The position numbers and the translations under genes are program-made. DNA of 64,000 nucleotides from Alphaproteobacteria bacterium (GTDB taxonomy: Bacteria; Pseudomonadota; Alphaproteobacteria; JAPOUT01; G958296285): assembly GCA_965209065.1 (NCBI GenBank), contig OZ242373.1, positions 556,744 to 620,743 on the forward strand. Direction: 5' to 3'. Shown piece by piece: positions 37,381-48,813 of this stretch. The notes under the pieces are model-generated. The model was not told the origin of the DNA. It worked only from the letters and a program-made list of their open reading frames with translations, and ran no database searches. The number at the start of each line of letters is the position of its first letter. Position 1 is the stretch's first letter.

Positions 37381-38066
37381 TGGGACAAAAAGTAAATCCA
37401 ATTTCGATTAGGCTTGGCATCAACCGCACGTGGAATTTCAACTGGTTCGCGGAGGGTGAGCAATATGCCGACTTGCTCCATCAAGACTTGGCGATAAGAG
37501 ACTATTTAAGAAAAACCTTCAAGCAGCAAGGTGCTATTTCGCGCATTGAGGTTCATCGGCCTCATCAAAAGTGTATTGTGATGATTCACACGGCGCGACC
37601 GGGCGTGGTGATTGGCAAGAAGGGCGCGGATATAGAAAAAATCCGCAAGAAAATAAACGAGATGACTCACGTTGAGACTTCTATCAATATCGTTGAAGTG
37701 CGCAAGCCTGAGACGGACGCGCGCTTAATTGCCGAAAGCATCGCGCAACAGCTAGAGCGCCGCGCGCCTTTCCGCCGCACCATGAAGCGCGCCTTACAGC
37801 TTGCGATGCGCTTAGGGGTTGAAGGTATTCGCATCAACTGCGCGGGCAGGCTTGGCGGCGCGGAGATTGCGCGCACCGAGTGGTATCACGAAGGCAGAGT
37901 GCCTCTCCACACGCTACGCGCGCGAATGGATTACGCCAGCGTGCCGGCGCATACCACTTATGGTGTTTGTGGCATTAAGGTTTGGGTTTATAAAGGCGAC
38001 CAGAGCGATGAAAAAGAAAAAGAAAGCACCGAGCGCGCGCCGCTTATATCAGGGGAGGATAGCTAA
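37380..38066 (+). CDS. rpsC: 30S ribosomal protein S3
   Basis: [37 protein letters not shown]. Confidence 0.99.
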   Translation: MGQKVNPISIRLGINRTWNFNWFAEGEQYADLLHQDLAIRDYLRKTFKQQGAISRIEVHRPHQKCIVMIHTARPGVVIGKKGADIEKIRKKINEMTHVETSINIVEVRKPETDARLIAESIAQQLERRAPFRRTMKRALQLAMRLGVEGIRINCAGRLGGAEIARTEWYHEGRVPLHTLRARMDYASVPAHTTYGVCGIKVWVYKGDQSDEKEKESTERAPLISGEDS

Positions 38067-38482
38067 TGTTATCGCCAAAGAGAACAAAGTATCGCAAGGC
38101 GCATAAGGGCAGAATTCACGGCGTGGCGACAAGGGGTGTGCAGCTCAATTTTGGCTCGCACGGCTTGAGAGCGCTAACGCCGGGCAGAATTACTTCGCGT
38201 CAAATAGAAGCCGCACGCCGTGCGATAACGCGCCACATGAAAAGAGCGGGGCGCGTCTGGATTCGGATTTTCCCTGATGTGCCGGTATCTAAAAAGCCAA
38301 CGGAAGTGCGTATGGGTAAGGGTAAAGGTGCGCCAGAGTTTTGGGTGTGCCGTGTGAAGCCCGGTCGCGTTATGTTCGAGATTGACGGCGTGCATGGCGA
38401 TGTTGCCTCAGAGGCTTTGAGGCGTGGTGCTGCAAAGCTGCCGGTGATTTGCCGTCAGGTTTCGCGCGAGGAGCAAATATAA
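38066..38482 (+). CDS. rplP: 50S ribosomal protein L16
   Basis: [18 protein letters not shown]. Confidence 0.99.
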   Translation: MLSPKRTKYRKAHKGRIHGVATRGVQLNFGSHGLRALTPGRITSRQIEAARRAITRHMKRAGRVWIRIFPDVPVSKKPTEVRMGKGKGAPEFWVCRVKPGRVMFEIDGVHGDVASEALRRGAAKLPVICRQVSREEQI

Positions 38483-38694
38483 TGAAACAAGAAGAGATAA
38501 AAGATTTAAGCGCCGACCAGCTACACGACCAGCTTATTTTGGCGCGCAAGAACCAAATGGATTTGCGCTTTCAGTTTTCGGCGGGTCAGCTAGATAACAA
38601 CGCTTCTTTGCGTAAAAGCAGGCGTTTGGTAGCGCGTCTTAAAACAGAAATCCGCGCGCGCGCCATCAACGAAAAGGAGCCAGCCAGTGCCTAA
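38482..38694 (+). CDS. rpmC: 50S ribosomal protein L29
   Basis: MKQEEIK...LRFQ...RRLVARLKT; ATG 38482 overlaps the rplP stop. Confidence 0.93.
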   Translation: MKQEEIKDLSADQLHDQLILARKNQMDLRFQFSAGQLDNNASLRKSRRLVARLKTEIRARAINEKEPASA

Positions 38695-38914
38695 ACGTAT
38701 TTTACAAGGCGTCGTTGTTAGCGATAAGAGCGATAAAACAATTATCGTAAGAGTGGAGCGTCGTTTTAGCGACCCGCTTTACAAAAAAATTGTGCGGCGC
38801 ACGAAGCGTTATCACGCGCACGATGAAGGCAATCAATGTAAAGAAGGAGACCAAGTGCGTATTCAAGAAACAAGGCCTCTATCTAAAAACAAACGCTGGG
38901 TGGTCATAGAATGA
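38687..38914 (+). CDS. rpsQ: 30S ribosomal protein S17
   Basis: [22 protein letters not shown]. Confidence 0.98.
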   Translation: MPKRILQGVVVSDKSDKTIIVRVERRFSDPLYKKIVRRTKRYHAHDEGNQCKEGDQVRIQETRPLSKNKRWVVIE

Positions 38915-39279
38915 TACAGATGCAAACAGAGCTAGAAGTGGCAGACAATTCAGGTGCTAGAAGGGTTGAGTGCATAAAAGTGCTTGGCGGTTCTAAACGC
39001 CGCTACGCCCATATCGGCGATATCATCGTGGTAAGCATCAAAGATGCCGCACCGCGCGGTCGCGTGAAGAAGGGCGAGGTTGTCAAGGCGGTTGTTGTGC
39101 GCACGGCGAAGCAAATCCGCCGTGCTGATGGCTCTGCCATTCGGTTTGACAAAAACGCCGCGGTGCTTATCAGCGCGCAGGGCGAGCCTATCGGCACAAG
39201 AATTTTTGGTCCTGTAACGCGTGAGTTGCGCCAGCGTTCTTTGATGAAAATTATTTCTCTAGCACCGGAGGTTCTGTAA
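38911..39279 (+). CDS. rplN: 50S ribosomal protein L14
   Basis: MIQMQT...[21 protein letters not shown]. Confidence 0.99.
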   Translation: MIQMQTELEVADNSGARRVECIKVLGGSKRRYAHIGDIIVVSIKDAAPRGRVKKGEVVKAVVVRTAKQIRRADGSAIRFDKNAAVLISAQGEPIGTRIFGPVTRELRQRSLMKIISLAPEVL

Positions 39280-39614
39280 TGGCAAAGGGCATTAGAAATA
39301 AGATGAAGCTCAAGAAGGGCGATAGGGTTATCGTGCGCACGGGCAAGGACAAGGGCAAAACCGGCGAGGTGCTTGGCGTTTTCCCCGAAGAAGACCGCGC
39401 GCTAGTGAGTCAAATCAATATGGCATGGCATCATGAAGCGCCTTCACAAAAAAGCGCGGGCGGGCGCAGTCAAAAGGAAGCTAAAATTCATATTTCCAAT
39501 TTGAATCTGCTTGACCCCAACGAAAACAAAGCGACACGCATCGGCTATAAAATTTTAGAAAACGGCACGAAAGTGCGCGTTGCCAAGCGTTCGGGGGAGG
39601 TGATTGATAGATAA
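39279..39614 (+). CDS. rplX: 50S ribosomal protein L24
   Basis: [16 protein letters not shown] (KOW), IHISN. Confidence 0.97.
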   Translation: MAKGIRNKMKLKKGDRVIVRTGKDKGKTGEVLGVFPEEDRALVSQINMAWHHEAPSQKSAGGRSQKEAKIHISNLNLLDPNENKATRIGYKILENGTKVRVAKRSGEVIDR

Positions 39615-40234
39615 TGGTTGATGAGATGGAAAATAAGGTGTCTGAGACACCCGTGCCTGAGACACCCGTGCCCGAGGCGCCCGAGACACGCGAGCGCACG
39701 CGGCTTCATAAAATTTATGAAGACGAGGTGCGTCCGCAGCTCATGGAGCACTTTCAATTCAAAAACATTATGGAGGTGCCACGTTTAAGCAAGGTGATAT
39801 TGAACATGGGCGTGGGTGCGGCGACCGCAGACCGCAAGCATATTCAAAGTGCGGTGGCGGAGATTGCGCTCATTGCGGGTCAGCAGCCTGTCATCACGCG
39901 CGCGCGCAAGTCGGAGGCGGGCTTCAAGCTGCGCGAGAACATGGCGATTGGCGTTAAGGTTACGCTTCGCCGCAGCCGTATGTATGAGTTTATTGATAGG
40001 CTGGTTTATGTTGCTCTTCCGCGTCAGCGTGATTTTCAAGGGCTCAACCCCAAAAGTTTTGACGGCAACGGCAATTACTCGCTCGGCATTAAGGAGCATA
40101 TTGTTTTTCCCGAAATTGATTACGACAAGGTAGATGGTATTCGTGGTTTTGACATCACCATCTGCACGACAACCAGCTCGAACGAGCACGCGCGTGCTTT
40201 GCTCGAGGCTTTCAACCTGCCGTTTAGGAAATAA
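39614..40234 (+). CDS. rplE: 50S ribosomal protein L5 with repeat-derived N-terminal extension
   Basis: ILNMGVG, GVKVTLR, FDGNGNY, FPEIDYD; N-terminal (ETPVP)x2-3. Confidence 0.98.
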   Translation: MVDEMENKVSETPVPETPVPEAPETRERTRLHKIYEDEVRPQLMEHFQFKNIMEVPRLSKVILNMGVGAATADRKHIQSAVAEIALIAGQQPVITRARKSEAGFKLRENMAIGVKVTLRRSRMYEFIDRLVYVALPRQRDFQGLNPKSFDGNGNYSLGIKEHIVFPEIDYDKVDGIRGFDITICTTTSSNEHARALLEAFNLPFRK

Positions 40235-40244
40235 AGGAGATATC

Positions 40245-40550
40245 ATGGCAAAACAAAGTTCGATACAACGCAATTTGAAGCGCAAGCGTTTAGTGAAGCG
40301 TTATGATGAGCGGCGCACGGCGCTCAAGAAAAAAATCATGGACAAGTCTCTAGACGCGAGCGAGCGTTTTGAGTTGGTTCAGCAGCTATCATCTTTACCG
40401 CGCAATTCGGCGCCCTCGCGTGTTCGCAACCGCTGCGAACTCACAGGCAGACCGCGCGGTTATTATCGTAAATTAAGAATGTCGCGTTTAGCGCTCCGCG
40501 AATTAAGTTCCAACGGGTTAATCCCCGGAATGATGAAGTCGAGCTGGTAG
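40245..40550 (+). CDS. rpsN: 30S ribosomal protein S14 (long, Zn-independent form)
   Basis: MAKQS...LPRNS..RVRNRC..TGRPRG...KSSW; AGGAG RBS before ATG 40245. Confidence 0.97.
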   Translation: MAKQSSIQRNLKRKRLVKRYDERRTALKKKIMDKSLDASERFELVQQLSSLPRNSAPSRVRNRCELTGRPRGYYRKLRMSRLALRELSSNGLIPGMMKSSW

Positions 40551-40558
40551 GGGGTCTT

Positions 40559-40954
40559 ATGCAAACCGATTTACTAGGCGATATGCTCGCCCACATAAAG
40601 AACGCGCAGATGCGCGGGCATAAAATTGTGCACACGCCGGCGTCGAAGCTGCGCGCGCGCGTGCTAGAGGTGCTAGAGGAGCAAGGATATATTTCAGGCT
40701 TCGCCCGCACCGAGCAAAAGGGCGGTAAGGCAGAGTTCGAGATAGAGTTAAAATATCATCGCGGCTTGCCGGTTATTCGGCGCATTGAGCGCGTTTCGCG
40801 TCCGGGTCGGCGTATTTACACTTCGGTGAAGTCTATGCCGGTGTTTCAAAATGGGCTAGGCATTTCCATTTTATCGACGCCTAAGGGTGTGATGTCGGAT
40901 TCGGCTGCGCGTGAGCTTTCGGTCGGCGGCGAAATTTTGTGTCGGGTGTTCTAA
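40559..40954 (+). CDS. rpsH: 30S ribosomal protein S8
   Basis: RVSRPGRRIY, GLGISILSTPKG, GGEILC. Confidence 0.98.
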   Translation: MQTDLLGDMLAHIKNAQMRGHKIVHTPASKLRARVLEVLEEQGYISGFARTEQKGGKAEFEIELKYHRGLPVIRRIERVSRPGRRIYTSVKSMPVFQNGLGISILSTPKGVMSDSAARELSVGGEILCRVF

Positions 40955-41487
40955 TGTCTAGGATAGGAAAACAGGCGGTTCAAATTCCTGACGGGATAAA
41001 GATAGAGAAGCAAGGGCAGAGGCTTACTTGCTCTGGTCCTAAGGGTGTTTTGTCGATGGAGCTTTTGCAAAGCGTGAAGATGCTTGAAGCAGAGAAGGCA
41101 ATTTCTTTTGAACTGACGAGCAACTCGCGCCAAGCGCGGGCGGATTGGGGTTTAATGCGCGCGCAACTTGCCAATATGGTTCGCGGTGTTTCAGAAGGCT
41201 GGACGAAGGAGTTAGAAATTCGCGGTGTTGGTTTTCGCGCGGAGGTTCAAGGCAAAACGCTAAAGCTCAATTTAGGTTTCAGCCATGATGTAAATTATCC
41301 TATACCTGAGGGGATTGATATTAAATGCGAAAAGCCGACGAGCATTTTAATCAGTGGTATAGACAAACAAAAGATAGGTCAAATTGCGGCAGAAATTCGC
41401 AGCTACCGCAAGCCCGAGCCTTACAAGGGCAAGGGTGTGCGCTATGTCGATGAGTATGTGCTACAAAAAGAAGGAAAGAAGAAATAA
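40954..41487 (+). CDS. rplF: 50S ribosomal protein L6
   Basis: [21 protein letters not shown]. Confidence 0.98.
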   Translation: MSRIGKQAVQIPDGIKIEKQGQRLTCSGPKGVLSMELLQSVKMLEAEKAISFELTSNSRQARADWGLMRAQLANMVRGVSEGWTKELEIRGVGFRAEVQGKTLKLNLGFSHDVNYPIPEGIDIKCEKPTSILISGIDKQKIGQIAAEIRSYRKPEPYKGKGVRYVDEYVLQKEGKKK

Positions 41488-41834
41488 TGAAAACGATGGA
41501 ACGAAGAATAAAGCGTGCCAAGCGCACCCGAATGAAATTGCGGCGCAGTGCTAATCCGCGTCTATCTGTTGCGCGTTCGCTGAAGCATATTTCGGCGCAA
41601 GTGATAGATGACAGCAAGAATGAAACTTTAGCATCGGCGTCTTCGTTGGAAAAAGAGTTTGGTTCAAGCAAGACGGCTTCGGTAGAAGCGGCGAACTTGG
41701 TTGGCAAAGCAATTGCCGAGCGCGCGTTAGAGGCGGGCATAAAGAAGGTTGTTTTTGACCGCGGCGCGTGGATTTATCACGGGCGCATCAAGGCTCTAGC
41801 CGATGCGGCAAGAGAAAAAGGATTGGAGTTTTAA
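41487..41834 (+). CDS. rplR: 50S ribosomal protein L18
   Basis: RLSVARS..HISAQ, FDRG...[18 protein letters not shown]. Confidence 0.98.
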   Translation: MKTMERRIKRAKRTRMKLRRSANPRLSVARSLKHISAQVIDDSKNETLASASSLEKEFGSSKTASVEAANLVGKAIAERALEAGIKKVVFDRGAWIYHGRIKALADAAREKGLEF

Positions 41835-41835
41835 G

Positions 41836-42447
41836 ATGTCGGAACAGAATGAAGACGAAATCATTGACCGCTTGGTGCATATCAATCGTGTAGCGAAAGT
41901 GGTTAAGGGTGGCAGGCGTTTTGGTTTTGCCGCTCTGGTGATAGCGGGAGACCAACGCGGCAGAGCTGGCTTCGGGCATGGCAAAGCGCGCGAAGTGCCA
42001 GAGGCTATTCGCAAAGCAACGGAAGCGGCAAAACGCGCTATGGTGCATGTGCCTCTGCGCGAGGGTCGCACTTTACATCACGAGGTCAAAGGGCGTTGGG
42101 GTGCGGGCAAGGTTATTTTGCGTCCGGCGCAACCGGGTCGCGGCATTATTGCTGGCGGCTCTATGCGTCCGGTGTTTGAAGCTTTGGGTATCCAAGATAT
42201 TGTGGCGAAGTCTTTAGGTTCGTCCAATCCGTATAATATGGTGCGGGCGACTTTTCAAGCCTTAGAGCAGCAAGCGAATCCGCGTCAGGTGGCAGAGCGC
42301 AGGAATAAAAAGCTTGGTGATATTGTTGCTAACCGCGCATCAGGTAGCGGGGGGGCGTCAAGTCAAAACGACAAACAAGAAAACACGGAATCGATTGAAG
42401 GTAAAGATGAACCAGCTATAGAAAAAGGCGAAGAGAGCAATGAGTAA
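41836..42447 (+). CDS. rpsE: 30S ribosomal protein S5 (acidic C-terminal tail)
   Basis: [37 protein letters not shown]. Confidence 0.98.
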   Translation: MSEQNEDEIIDRLVHINRVAKVVKGGRRFGFAALVIAGDQRGRAGFGHGKAREVPEAIRKATEAAKRAMVHVPLREGRTLHHEVKGRWGAGKVILRPAQPGRGIIAGGSMRPVFEALGIQDIVAKSLGSSNPYNMVRATFQALEQQANPRQVAERRNKKLGDIVANRASGSGGASSQNDKQENTESIEGKDEPAIEKGEESNE

Positions 42448-42628
42448 AACAATAACAATACAACAAGTGAAGAGTCCCATTCGCCGCCCGAAAGATCAAA
42501 AGGCGACGCTCATCGGGTTAGGGCTAAACAAAATGCATAAGAAGTCTGTGCTAAAAGATACCCCTGAGGTGCGTGGTATGATAAACAAAGTATCCCATCT
42601 CATTCAGGTGCTTGAAGGAGAAGAATAA
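42440..42628 (+). CDS. rpmD: 50S ribosomal protein L30
   Basis: SPIRR...ATLIGLGL...DTPEVRGMI. Confidence 0.97.
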   Translation: MSKTITIQQVKSPIRRPKDQKATLIGLGLNKMHKKSVLKDTPEVRGMINKVSHLIQVLEGEE

Positions 42629-43176
42629 TGAAGCTAAACGAATTGATGGACAACCCCAAGGCGCGGCAGAATTCGAAGCGGCGCGGTCAGGGTATTGGCT
42701 CGGGTCTCGGCAAGACTTCGGGGCGTGGTCATAAGGGATATAAATCGCGTTCGGGTGCATCGCTTAATGGTTTTGAAGGCGGGCAGACACCTATTCATAT
42801 GCGCTTGCCTAAGCGTGGTTTTTCCAATCGCCGTTTTGAGAACCGCTACGCGATGGTGAATGTCGGCAAGCTACAAGAGGCGGTCGATAAGGGCTTGCTT
42901 CAAGCGGGCGATGCGCTGAACGCAAAAATTCTCAAGGAAAAGGGCGTTATTCGGCATGTTTATAAGGGGCTGCGGGTGCTCGGCAAGGGCGAGCTGAAGG
43001 TCAATCTAACGATAGAAGCCGCCCACGCAAGCCGCAAGGCAAGCGAGGCAATTCAAGCCGCTGGCGGTGAAATTAAAATTATTGCCGTTGAGAAAGAGAA
43101 AGCTCCCGAGTCTTCTAAAGAAGAGTCTTTTAAAGACGAGTCTTCTGGAGAAAGTCAAAACCCAGAGGAAGTTTAA
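42628..43176 (+). CDS. rplO: 50S ribosomal protein L15 (acidic repeat tail)
   Basis: GIGSGLGKTSGRGHKG, FEGGQTP...RLPKRGF. Confidence 0.98.
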   Translation: MKLNELMDNPKARQNSKRRGQGIGSGLGKTSGRGHKGYKSRSGASLNGFEGGQTPIHMRLPKRGFSNRRFENRYAMVNVGKLQEAVDKGLLQAGDALNAKILKEKGVIRHVYKGLRVLGKGELKVNLTIEAAHASRKASEAIQAAGGEIKIIAVEKEKAPESSKEESFKDESSGESQNPEEV

Positions 43177-44537
43177 TGGCATCAGCCGCAGAACAACTTG
43201 CTGCCAATTTTAATTTGGCATCGTTTGCGCGGGCGACCGAGCTAAAGAAGCGTATTTTATTTACGCTTGGGCTGTTGCTGGTGTATCGTCTTGGCACTTA
43301 TATTCCTGTGCCGGGCATTGACCCCGGCGAGCTCGCGCGGGTTTTCTCGCAAAACCAAGCGGGCATTGTGGGTATGTTTAATATGTTTGCGGGCGGAGCG
43401 GTCGGTCGTATGGCAATATTCGCGCTCAACATTTTACCTTACATTACGGCTTCTATTATTATCCAGCTTTTAAGCGCGACCAATCCTCATTTAGAGCAGT
43501 TGAAAAAAGAGGGAGAGCAAGGCAGGCAGCAGATAAATCAATATACGCGTTACGGCACGGTTTTGATTGCGGCGGCGCATGGTTATGGCATTTCTATTTT
43601 GTTAGAGAATATTGGTGTTGCGCTTGACCCCGGTTGGTTCTTTCGTTTTTCAACGGTGATTACGCTTGTTGGCGGCACGGTGTTTTTGATGTGGCTGGGT
43701 GAGCAGATAACTTCAAGGGGTGTGGGCAATGGTATTTCCTTGATTATTTTCTCTGGCATTGTGGCGGAGCTGCCCTCGGCTTTGGTCGGCACGTTAGAGC
43801 TTGGGCGGCAAGGGGCGTTAAGCACTTTTCTAATTGTGTTTTTGCTTTTTATGGTTGTGGCGGTGATAGCCTTAATCGTTTTTGTTGAGCGAGCGCAGCG
43901 AAAACTTTTGGTGCAGTATCCGCGGCGTCAAGCGGGTCAGTCTTTGGGTGGAGAGAATTCTCATTTACCCTTAAAGTTAAACACGGCGGGTGTTATTCCG
44001 CCTATTTTTGCTTCTGCCATTTTGCTTTTTCCTTTTACGATTGCGGGTTTTAACGCGGGGTCGGGTCCTACGTGGCTCACAGAGATTACGGCGTGGTTAG
44101 CTCCTGGGCAACCGCTTTATATGTTGCTTTACGCGGCGGGCATTGCTTTTTTCGCTTTTTTCTATACCGCGCTTGTTTTCAACCCAACTGAGACGGCGGA
44201 TAATCTTCGTAAGTATGGAGGTTTTCTTCCGGGCATTCGTCCGGGTCAGCCGACAGCGACTTATATTGATTTTGTTTTAACGCGCGTTACGGTTGTGGGA
44301 GCTATTTATCTTGTTGCGGTTTGTTTATTGCCGGAGTTTTTAATCTCGCGCTATCGTGTGCCTTTTTATTTTGGCGGAACTTCTTTATTAATTGTGGTCA
44401 ATGTTACTTTAGACACGGTCGCGCAGATTCAAAGTCATTTGCTCGCGCATCAGTATGAGGGATTGATTAAAAAAGCAAAATTGAGCGGGGGAGGCAGACC
44501 GATTATTCGCCGCAAGAGAGGCAGAGGTGGACAATGA
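43176..44537 (+). CDS. secY: Preprotein translocase subunit SecY
   Basis: YRLGTYIPVPG, GEQITSRGVGNGISL, GVIPPIFAS, PGIRPG, FGGTSLLI. Confidence 0.99.
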   Translation: MASAAEQLAANFNLASFARATELKKRILFTLGLLLVYRLGTYIPVPGIDPGELARVFSQNQAGIVGMFNMFAGGAVGRMAIFALNILPYITASIIIQLLSATNPHLEQLKKEGEQGRQQINQYTRYGTVLIAAAHGYGISILLENIGVALDPGWFFRFSTVITLVGGTVFLMWLGEQITSRGVGNGISLIIFSGIVAELPSALVGTLELGRQGALSTFLIVFLLFMVVAVIALIVFVERAQRKLLVQYPRRQAGQSLGGENSHLPLKLNTAGVIPPIFASAILLFPFTIAGFNAGSGPTWLTEITAWLAPGQPLYMLLYAAGIAFFAFFYTALVFNPTETADNLRKYGGFLPGIRPGQPTATYIDFVLTRVTVVGAIYLVAVCLLPEFLISRYRVPFYFGGTSLLIVVNVTLDTVAQIQSHLLAHQYEGLIKKAKLSGGGRPIIRRKRGRGGQ

Positions 44538-44565
44538 GGCGCGGACAATGAGAGGCAGACAATGA
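44524..44565 (+). repeat. Triple 14-bp repeat (..GACAATGA) at the secY-adk junction
   Basis: GAGGTGGACAATGA / GGCGCGGACAATGA / GAGGCAGACAATGA. Confidence 0.85.
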
Positions 44566-45134
44566 GATTAGTTTTTTTAGGCGCACCGGGTGCTGGCAAG
44601 GGCACGCAAGCGGTCAAGGCGGCGCAAGAGTTTGGCTTAATCCATTTATCGACTGGCGATTTATTGCGCGAAGCGATTGCGTCCAAAACGGAAATCGGGC
44701 AGCGCGTGGCAGAGATTGTGAAGTCGGGCGCGCTGGTTGATGATGAGACGATTATCACGCTCATCTCAGAGCGGGTAGATAGGCTCGCGAGTTTTATTCT
44801 CGACGGCTTTCCGCGCACCTTGCCGCAAGCCGAAGCCCTGCGCGCGCTTTTGCTAGAGAAGCAGAAGCCGCTTGATGGGGTTATCCAGTTCAATGTTGAT
44901 GAGGACGCGATTTTAGAGCGCATCAAGTCTCGCGCCGAGAAGGAGGGCAGAAACGACGATAGCCCCTCGACTTTCCAAAAGCGGCTAGAGACCTATCGCG
45001 CAGAAACCTTGCCTTTGCTTGCCTTTTATCGCGCTGAGGGGCTGGTTTATCCGATAGACGGCATGGCGAGCATCGACGCGGTAGCCCAAGCGATTAGGGG
45101 CATTTTGGAGCGGATTAAAGATAATGCTAAATAG
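44562..45134 (+). CDS. adk: Adenylate kinase (short LID)
   Basis: GAPGAGKGTQA, STGDLLR, LDGFPR. Confidence 0.97.
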   Translation: MRLVFLGAPGAGKGTQAVKAAQEFGLIHLSTGDLLREAIASKTEIGQRVAEIVKSGALVDDETIITLISERVDRLASFILDGFPRTLPQAEALRALLLEKQKPLDGVIQFNVDEDAILERIKSRAEKEGRNDDSPSTFQKRLETYRAETLPLLAFYRAEGLVYPIDGMASIDAVAQAIRGILERIKDNAK

Positions 45135-45145
45135 CACAAAAAGAA

Positions 45146-45173
45146 TTGACTATTTTTGCTTTTTTGTTATACT
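45146..45173 (+). promoter_or_regulatory. Sigma70 promoter of the rpsM-rpsK-rpoA-rplQ operon
   Basis: TTGACT-N16-TATACT with TGn extension. Confidence 0.65.
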
Positions 45174-45230
45174 TGCGGAGATTCCCGATAACCTCAAAAA
45201 CGGAACCTCAAAAGACGGAGTAGGCGACTT

Positions 45231-45599
45231 ATGGCGCGGATAGCAGGCGTTAATATACCACCTCAAAAGCAAGTGGAAATAGCTTTGACCTATATTCACG
45301 GTATCGGTCATACACAAGCGAAAGAGATTTGCCGCAAGGTTAAGATAGAGCCGCGCATGCGCGTGAGCGAGCTATCAGAGAGCGATGTTATCTCCATTCG
45401 CGAGGAAATAGATGGCAGCTATATGGTTGAAGGTGATTTACGCCGCACGAAAGCAATGAATGTCAAGCGCTTGATGGATTTGGGTTGTTATCGCGGGTTG
45501 CGTCATCGTAGAGGCTTGCCCGTTCATGGACAGCGCACACACACCAACGCGCGCACACGCAAAGGACCGGCAAGACCCATTGCCGGCAAAAAGAAATAA
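45231..45599 (+). CDS. rpsM: 30S ribosomal protein S13
   Basis: [31 protein letters not shown]. Confidence 0.99.
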   Translation: MARIAGVNIPPQKQVEIALTYIHGIGHTQAKEICRKVKIEPRMRVSELSESDVISIREEIDGSYMVEGDLRRTKAMNVKRLMDLGCYRGLRHRRGLPVHGQRTHTNARTRKGPARPIAGKKK

Positions 45600-45988
45600 T
45601 GGCTGAAAAAGAAAAAAGAGTGCGGCGCGCGGCGCGCAAAAATATATTAAATGGTGTTGTCTTTATCAATGCCACGTTTAACAATACGCTAATTACGATT
45701 TCCGACAAGGGGGGCAATGTTCTTGCTTGGTCATCGGCGGGTCAGGCTGGGTTTAAGGGTTCGCGCAAATCGACTCCTTACGCAGCACAGCTTGCGGCGC
45801 AAGCGGCGGCTGAGAGAGCTCAAGAGCACGGCATGCAAAGTGTTGAAGTGCGCATCAAGGGGCCTGGCTCAGGTCGGGAATCGGCTTTGCGCGCTCTACA
45901 GATGGCGGGGCTAAACATTACTTATATTCGGGATATAACTCCCATTCCACACAACGGCTGTCGTCCGCGCAAGCGGAGGCGGGCTTAA
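45599..45988 (+). CDS. rpsK: 30S ribosomal protein S11
   Basis: [25 protein letters not shown]. Confidence 0.99.
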   Translation: MAEKEKRVRRAARKNILNGVVFINATFNNTLITISDKGGNVLAWSSAGQAGFKGSRKSTPYAAQLAAQAAAERAQEHGMQSVEVRIKGPGSGRESALRALQMAGLNITYIRDITPIPHNGCRPRKRRRA

Positions 45989-46009
45989 CCTGCACAAAAG
46001 GAGAGAAGG

Positions 46010-47032
46010 GTGATACAAGAAAACTGGCAAAATTTAATTAAACCGAGCTCAATTGATATAGACACTTCGCAAGGCGAGGATATATCGCGCGCGAAAATTG
46101 TCGTGCAACCTTTAGAGCGTGGTTTTGGGCAAACGCTTGGCAATGCGCTGCGGCGGATACTTCTATCTTCTTTACAAGGTGCGGCGGTTACGGCTATTCG
46201 CATTGACGGCGTGTTGCATGAGTTCTCATCTATTTCTGGTGTGCGCGAAGATGTAACAAACATTGTATTGAACATCAAGGGTCTTGCTGTTCGCTTACAC
46301 GGCGAGGGTTCAAAGCGGATGACGATAAAAAAGAAGGGACCGAGCACGGTAACGGCTGCCGATATAGAGTGCGACCACAATATAGAAATTCTCAATCCTG
46401 ATCAGGAAATCTGCCATTTAGACAAGGACGGAATGATAAGTATGGAAATGACCGTGAGTAATGGCAAGGGATATGTGTCTTCGGAGGATAATCGCCCTGA
46501 GAACGCGCCCATTGGTCTTATTCCGGTTGATAGCATTTATACACCTGTGCGCAATGTGTCTTACAGCATAGAGGCAACGCGTGAAGGTGATCGCATTGAC
46601 TACGACAAGCTCACGTTAGATGTAGAAACCAACGGCGCGCTCAATCCTGAGGATGCGGTGTCGCTTGCCGCGCGCATTCTACAAGACCAAGCGCAGATAT
46701 TTATCAACTTTGAAGAAGCCGAACCCGAAGCGATAGAAGAGCAAACTGAGGAAGTTGGCATCGATAAGGTGCTGCTGAAAAAAGTTGATGAGCTAGAGCT
46801 TTCGGTGCGCTCGGCGAATTGCTTGAAGAACGATAACATCAATTATATTGGTGATTTAATCCAAAAAACAGAAGCTGAAATGCTCCGCACGCCTAATTTT
46901 GGTCGCAAGTCCTTAAACGAAATTAAGGCTGTTTTGTCTCAAATGGGTTTGAAGTTTGGAATGAGTCTCCCTGAATGGCCGCCGCAAAACCTAGATGACC
47001 TTGTCCGCCGCTATGAAGAGAGCAATTATTAA
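46010..47032 (+). CDS. rpoA: RNA polymerase alpha subunit
   Basis: [44 protein letters not shown]. Confidence 0.99.
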   Translation: MIQENWQNLIKPSSIDIDTSQGEDISRAKIVVQPLERGFGQTLGNALRRILLSSLQGAAVTAIRIDGVLHEFSSISGVREDVTNIVLNIKGLAVRLHGEGSKRMTIKKKGPSTVTAADIECDHNIEILNPDQEICHLDKDGMISMEMTVSNGKGYVSSEDNRPENAPIGLIPVDSIYTPVRNVSYSIEATREGDRIDYDKLTLDVETNGALNPEDAVSLAARILQDQAQIFINFEEAEPEAIEEQTEEVGIDKVLLKKVDELELSVRSANCLKNDNINYIGDLIQKTEAEMLRTPNFGRKSLNEIKAVLSQMGLKFGMSLPEWPPQNLDDLVRRYEESNY

Positions 47033-47040
47033 AGGTAACT

Positions 47041-47436
47041 ATGCGTCACGCTAAAAAACTGAAGAAGCTCAATCGCACTCCTAGCCATCGGCAAGCAACC
47101 TTGCGCAATATGGCAGATGCCCTGATTAAGCACGAAAGAATCGTCACCACTTTGCCTAAGGCGAAAACCCTGCGCCCTTATGTGGAGCGGCTTGTCACTT
47201 TAGGCAAAAGAGGCGATTTACACGCCAGAAGAACGGCTGCTAAAAAAACGTTTGATAAAGAGGCTGTCGTGAAATTGTTTAATATTTTAGGCAAGCGTTA
47301 TGCTGCGCGTAATGGCGGCTATACGCGCATTGTGAAGGCGGGGTTTCGGCGTGGTGATAATGCGCCGCGCGCGGTTATCGCTTTTGTTGAGGACGAAGTT
47401 CAAGCGGGGGTTGCGCCTAAAGATGAAAAAAAATAG
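47041..47436 (+). CDS. rplQ: 50S ribosomal protein L17
   Basis: MRH...[21 protein letters not shown]. Confidence 0.98.
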   Translation: MRHAKKLKKLNRTPSHRQATLRNMADALIKHERIVTTLPKAKTLRPYVERLVTLGKRGDLHARRTAAKKTFDKEAVVKLFNILGKRYAARNGGYTRIVKAGFRRGDNAPRAVIAFVEDEVQAGVAPKDEKK

Positions 47437-48796
47437 TCTCTTTTTATTTTTGATTTTAGTTTTGTTGTCGTCATCAAGCTGGGCGCGTAATGTGCCGAGC
47501 TCGGTATCCGATGTAGAGATTTCCTATTCCAAAGTGGTAAAGAAGGCGGCGCCCGCGGTGGTTACCATTTATGCCAAACGGGTTGTCAAAAGAGCGAAAG
47601 TGCCTAATTTTTTCGAGCCTTTTTTCAAAAACAATCCTAGTTTCTCGCGCCGTCGGGTAGAGCGTGCTTTGGGTTCGGGCGTCATTGTTGATAAGAATGG
47701 TTTAATTGTCACCAACTATCATGTGATTAAGAACGCGCGCGAGCTAACCGTTACGCTACGCGACCGCCGCGAATATTTGGCGAAAATAGTTTCCACCGAT
47801 GAGGCATCTGACTTAGCGGTGCTACGCATTGACCCTAAGGGTGAGAAACTTCCTTTTCTAGAATTTTCTGATTCCGATACGATTGAGGTAGGCGATTTGG
47901 TTTTGGCGATAGGCAACCCCTTTGGTGTTGGTCAAACAATAACGAGTGGCATCATTTCTGCTACGGCGCGTTCTCAGGCGGGCATCAATGATGTTGGCTT
48001 CTTTTTACAAACCGATGCCGCCACCAATCAGGGTAATTCGGGTGGCGCGCTCGTTACGCTTGACGGCAAGCTGGCGGGTATTAACACGGCTATTTATTCT
48101 AAAACCGGTGGCTTTATGGGAATAGGTTTTACGATTCCCTCAAATATGGTTTATTTAATCGTGCGCGCTGCGGTGAGTGGTAGCACGTTGCGCCGTCCGT
48201 GGGTTGGCGCGGTTTTACAAGATGTGACTTCACAAATCGCGCGCGCCGAGGGGTTAGATAAATCGGGTGGCGTTTTAGTCGCGCAGGTTTATAACAAAAG
48301 CCCGGCGAAAAAAGCGGGATTAAAAACTGGCGATATTATTCTTAAAATAGGCAGTAAAGAAGTTTTAACCGCGGCGGCTTTTCGTTATCACCTTGCTCTT
48401 GCGGGAGAGAAGAAAGAAGTTTCTCTTGCTTATTCGCGTGATGGCAAGTGGCGCGAAACGACCTTACCGATTGAACTACCCAAAATGGAGCCGCCGCCAA
48501 ATTACACGGTTATTTCGGGGGGTAATCCTTTATCGGGCGCGCGGGTTGCGAACCTGTCGCCGGCGCTGGCTATAGAGTTAAGGCTGCCGCCAGAAAGTCG
48601 TGGGGTTGCTATCCATTCCATTACGCCCAATGCGACTGCCGCGCGCTTTCTTCGCAAAGCAGATATTATCCTTAACGTGAATGGCGTGGTGATTAAGTCG
48701 GTCAAAGACTTGCGCGCGCGCCTTCAATCGAGCAAGCGTCCATGGAAGATATCCTTGCGGCGCGGACGGCAAAACTTAACCCTCAATCAGAAATAA
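47423..48796 (+). CDS. degP: Do/DegP (HtrA) family periplasmic serine protease with two PDZ domains
   Basis: Signal peptide from ATG 47423; GSGV, TNYHV, DLAV, GNPFG, GNSGG. Confidence 0.9.
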   Translation: MKKNSLFLFLILVLLSSSSWARNVPSSVSDVEISYSKVVKKAAPAVVTIYAKRVVKRAKVPNFFEPFFKNNPSFSRRRVERALGSGVIVDKNGLIVTNYHVIKNARELTVTLRDRREYLAKIVSTDEASDLAVLRIDPKGEKLPFLEFSDSDTIEVGDLVLAIGNPFGVGQTITSGIISATARSQAGINDVGFFLQTDAATNQGNSGGALVTLDGKLAGINTAIYSKTGGFMGIGFTIPSNMVYLIVRAAVSGSTLRRPWVGAVLQDVTSQIARAEGLDKSGGVLVAQVYNKSPAKKAGLKTGDIILKIGSKEVLTAAAFRYHLALAGEKKEVSLAYSRDGKWRETTLPIELPKMEPPPNYTVISGGNPLSGARVANLSPALAIELRLPPESRGVAIHSITPNATAARFLRKADIILNVNGVVIKSVKDLRARLQSSKRPWKISLRRGRQNLTLNQK

Positions 48797-48813
48797 TTGT
48801 TAAACTAGAGGCT

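Noticed and set aside
44538-46010. Absence of rpsD, rpmJ, infA and map from the spc/alpha operons
   Set aside because: This is the normal arrangement in Alphaproteobacteria.
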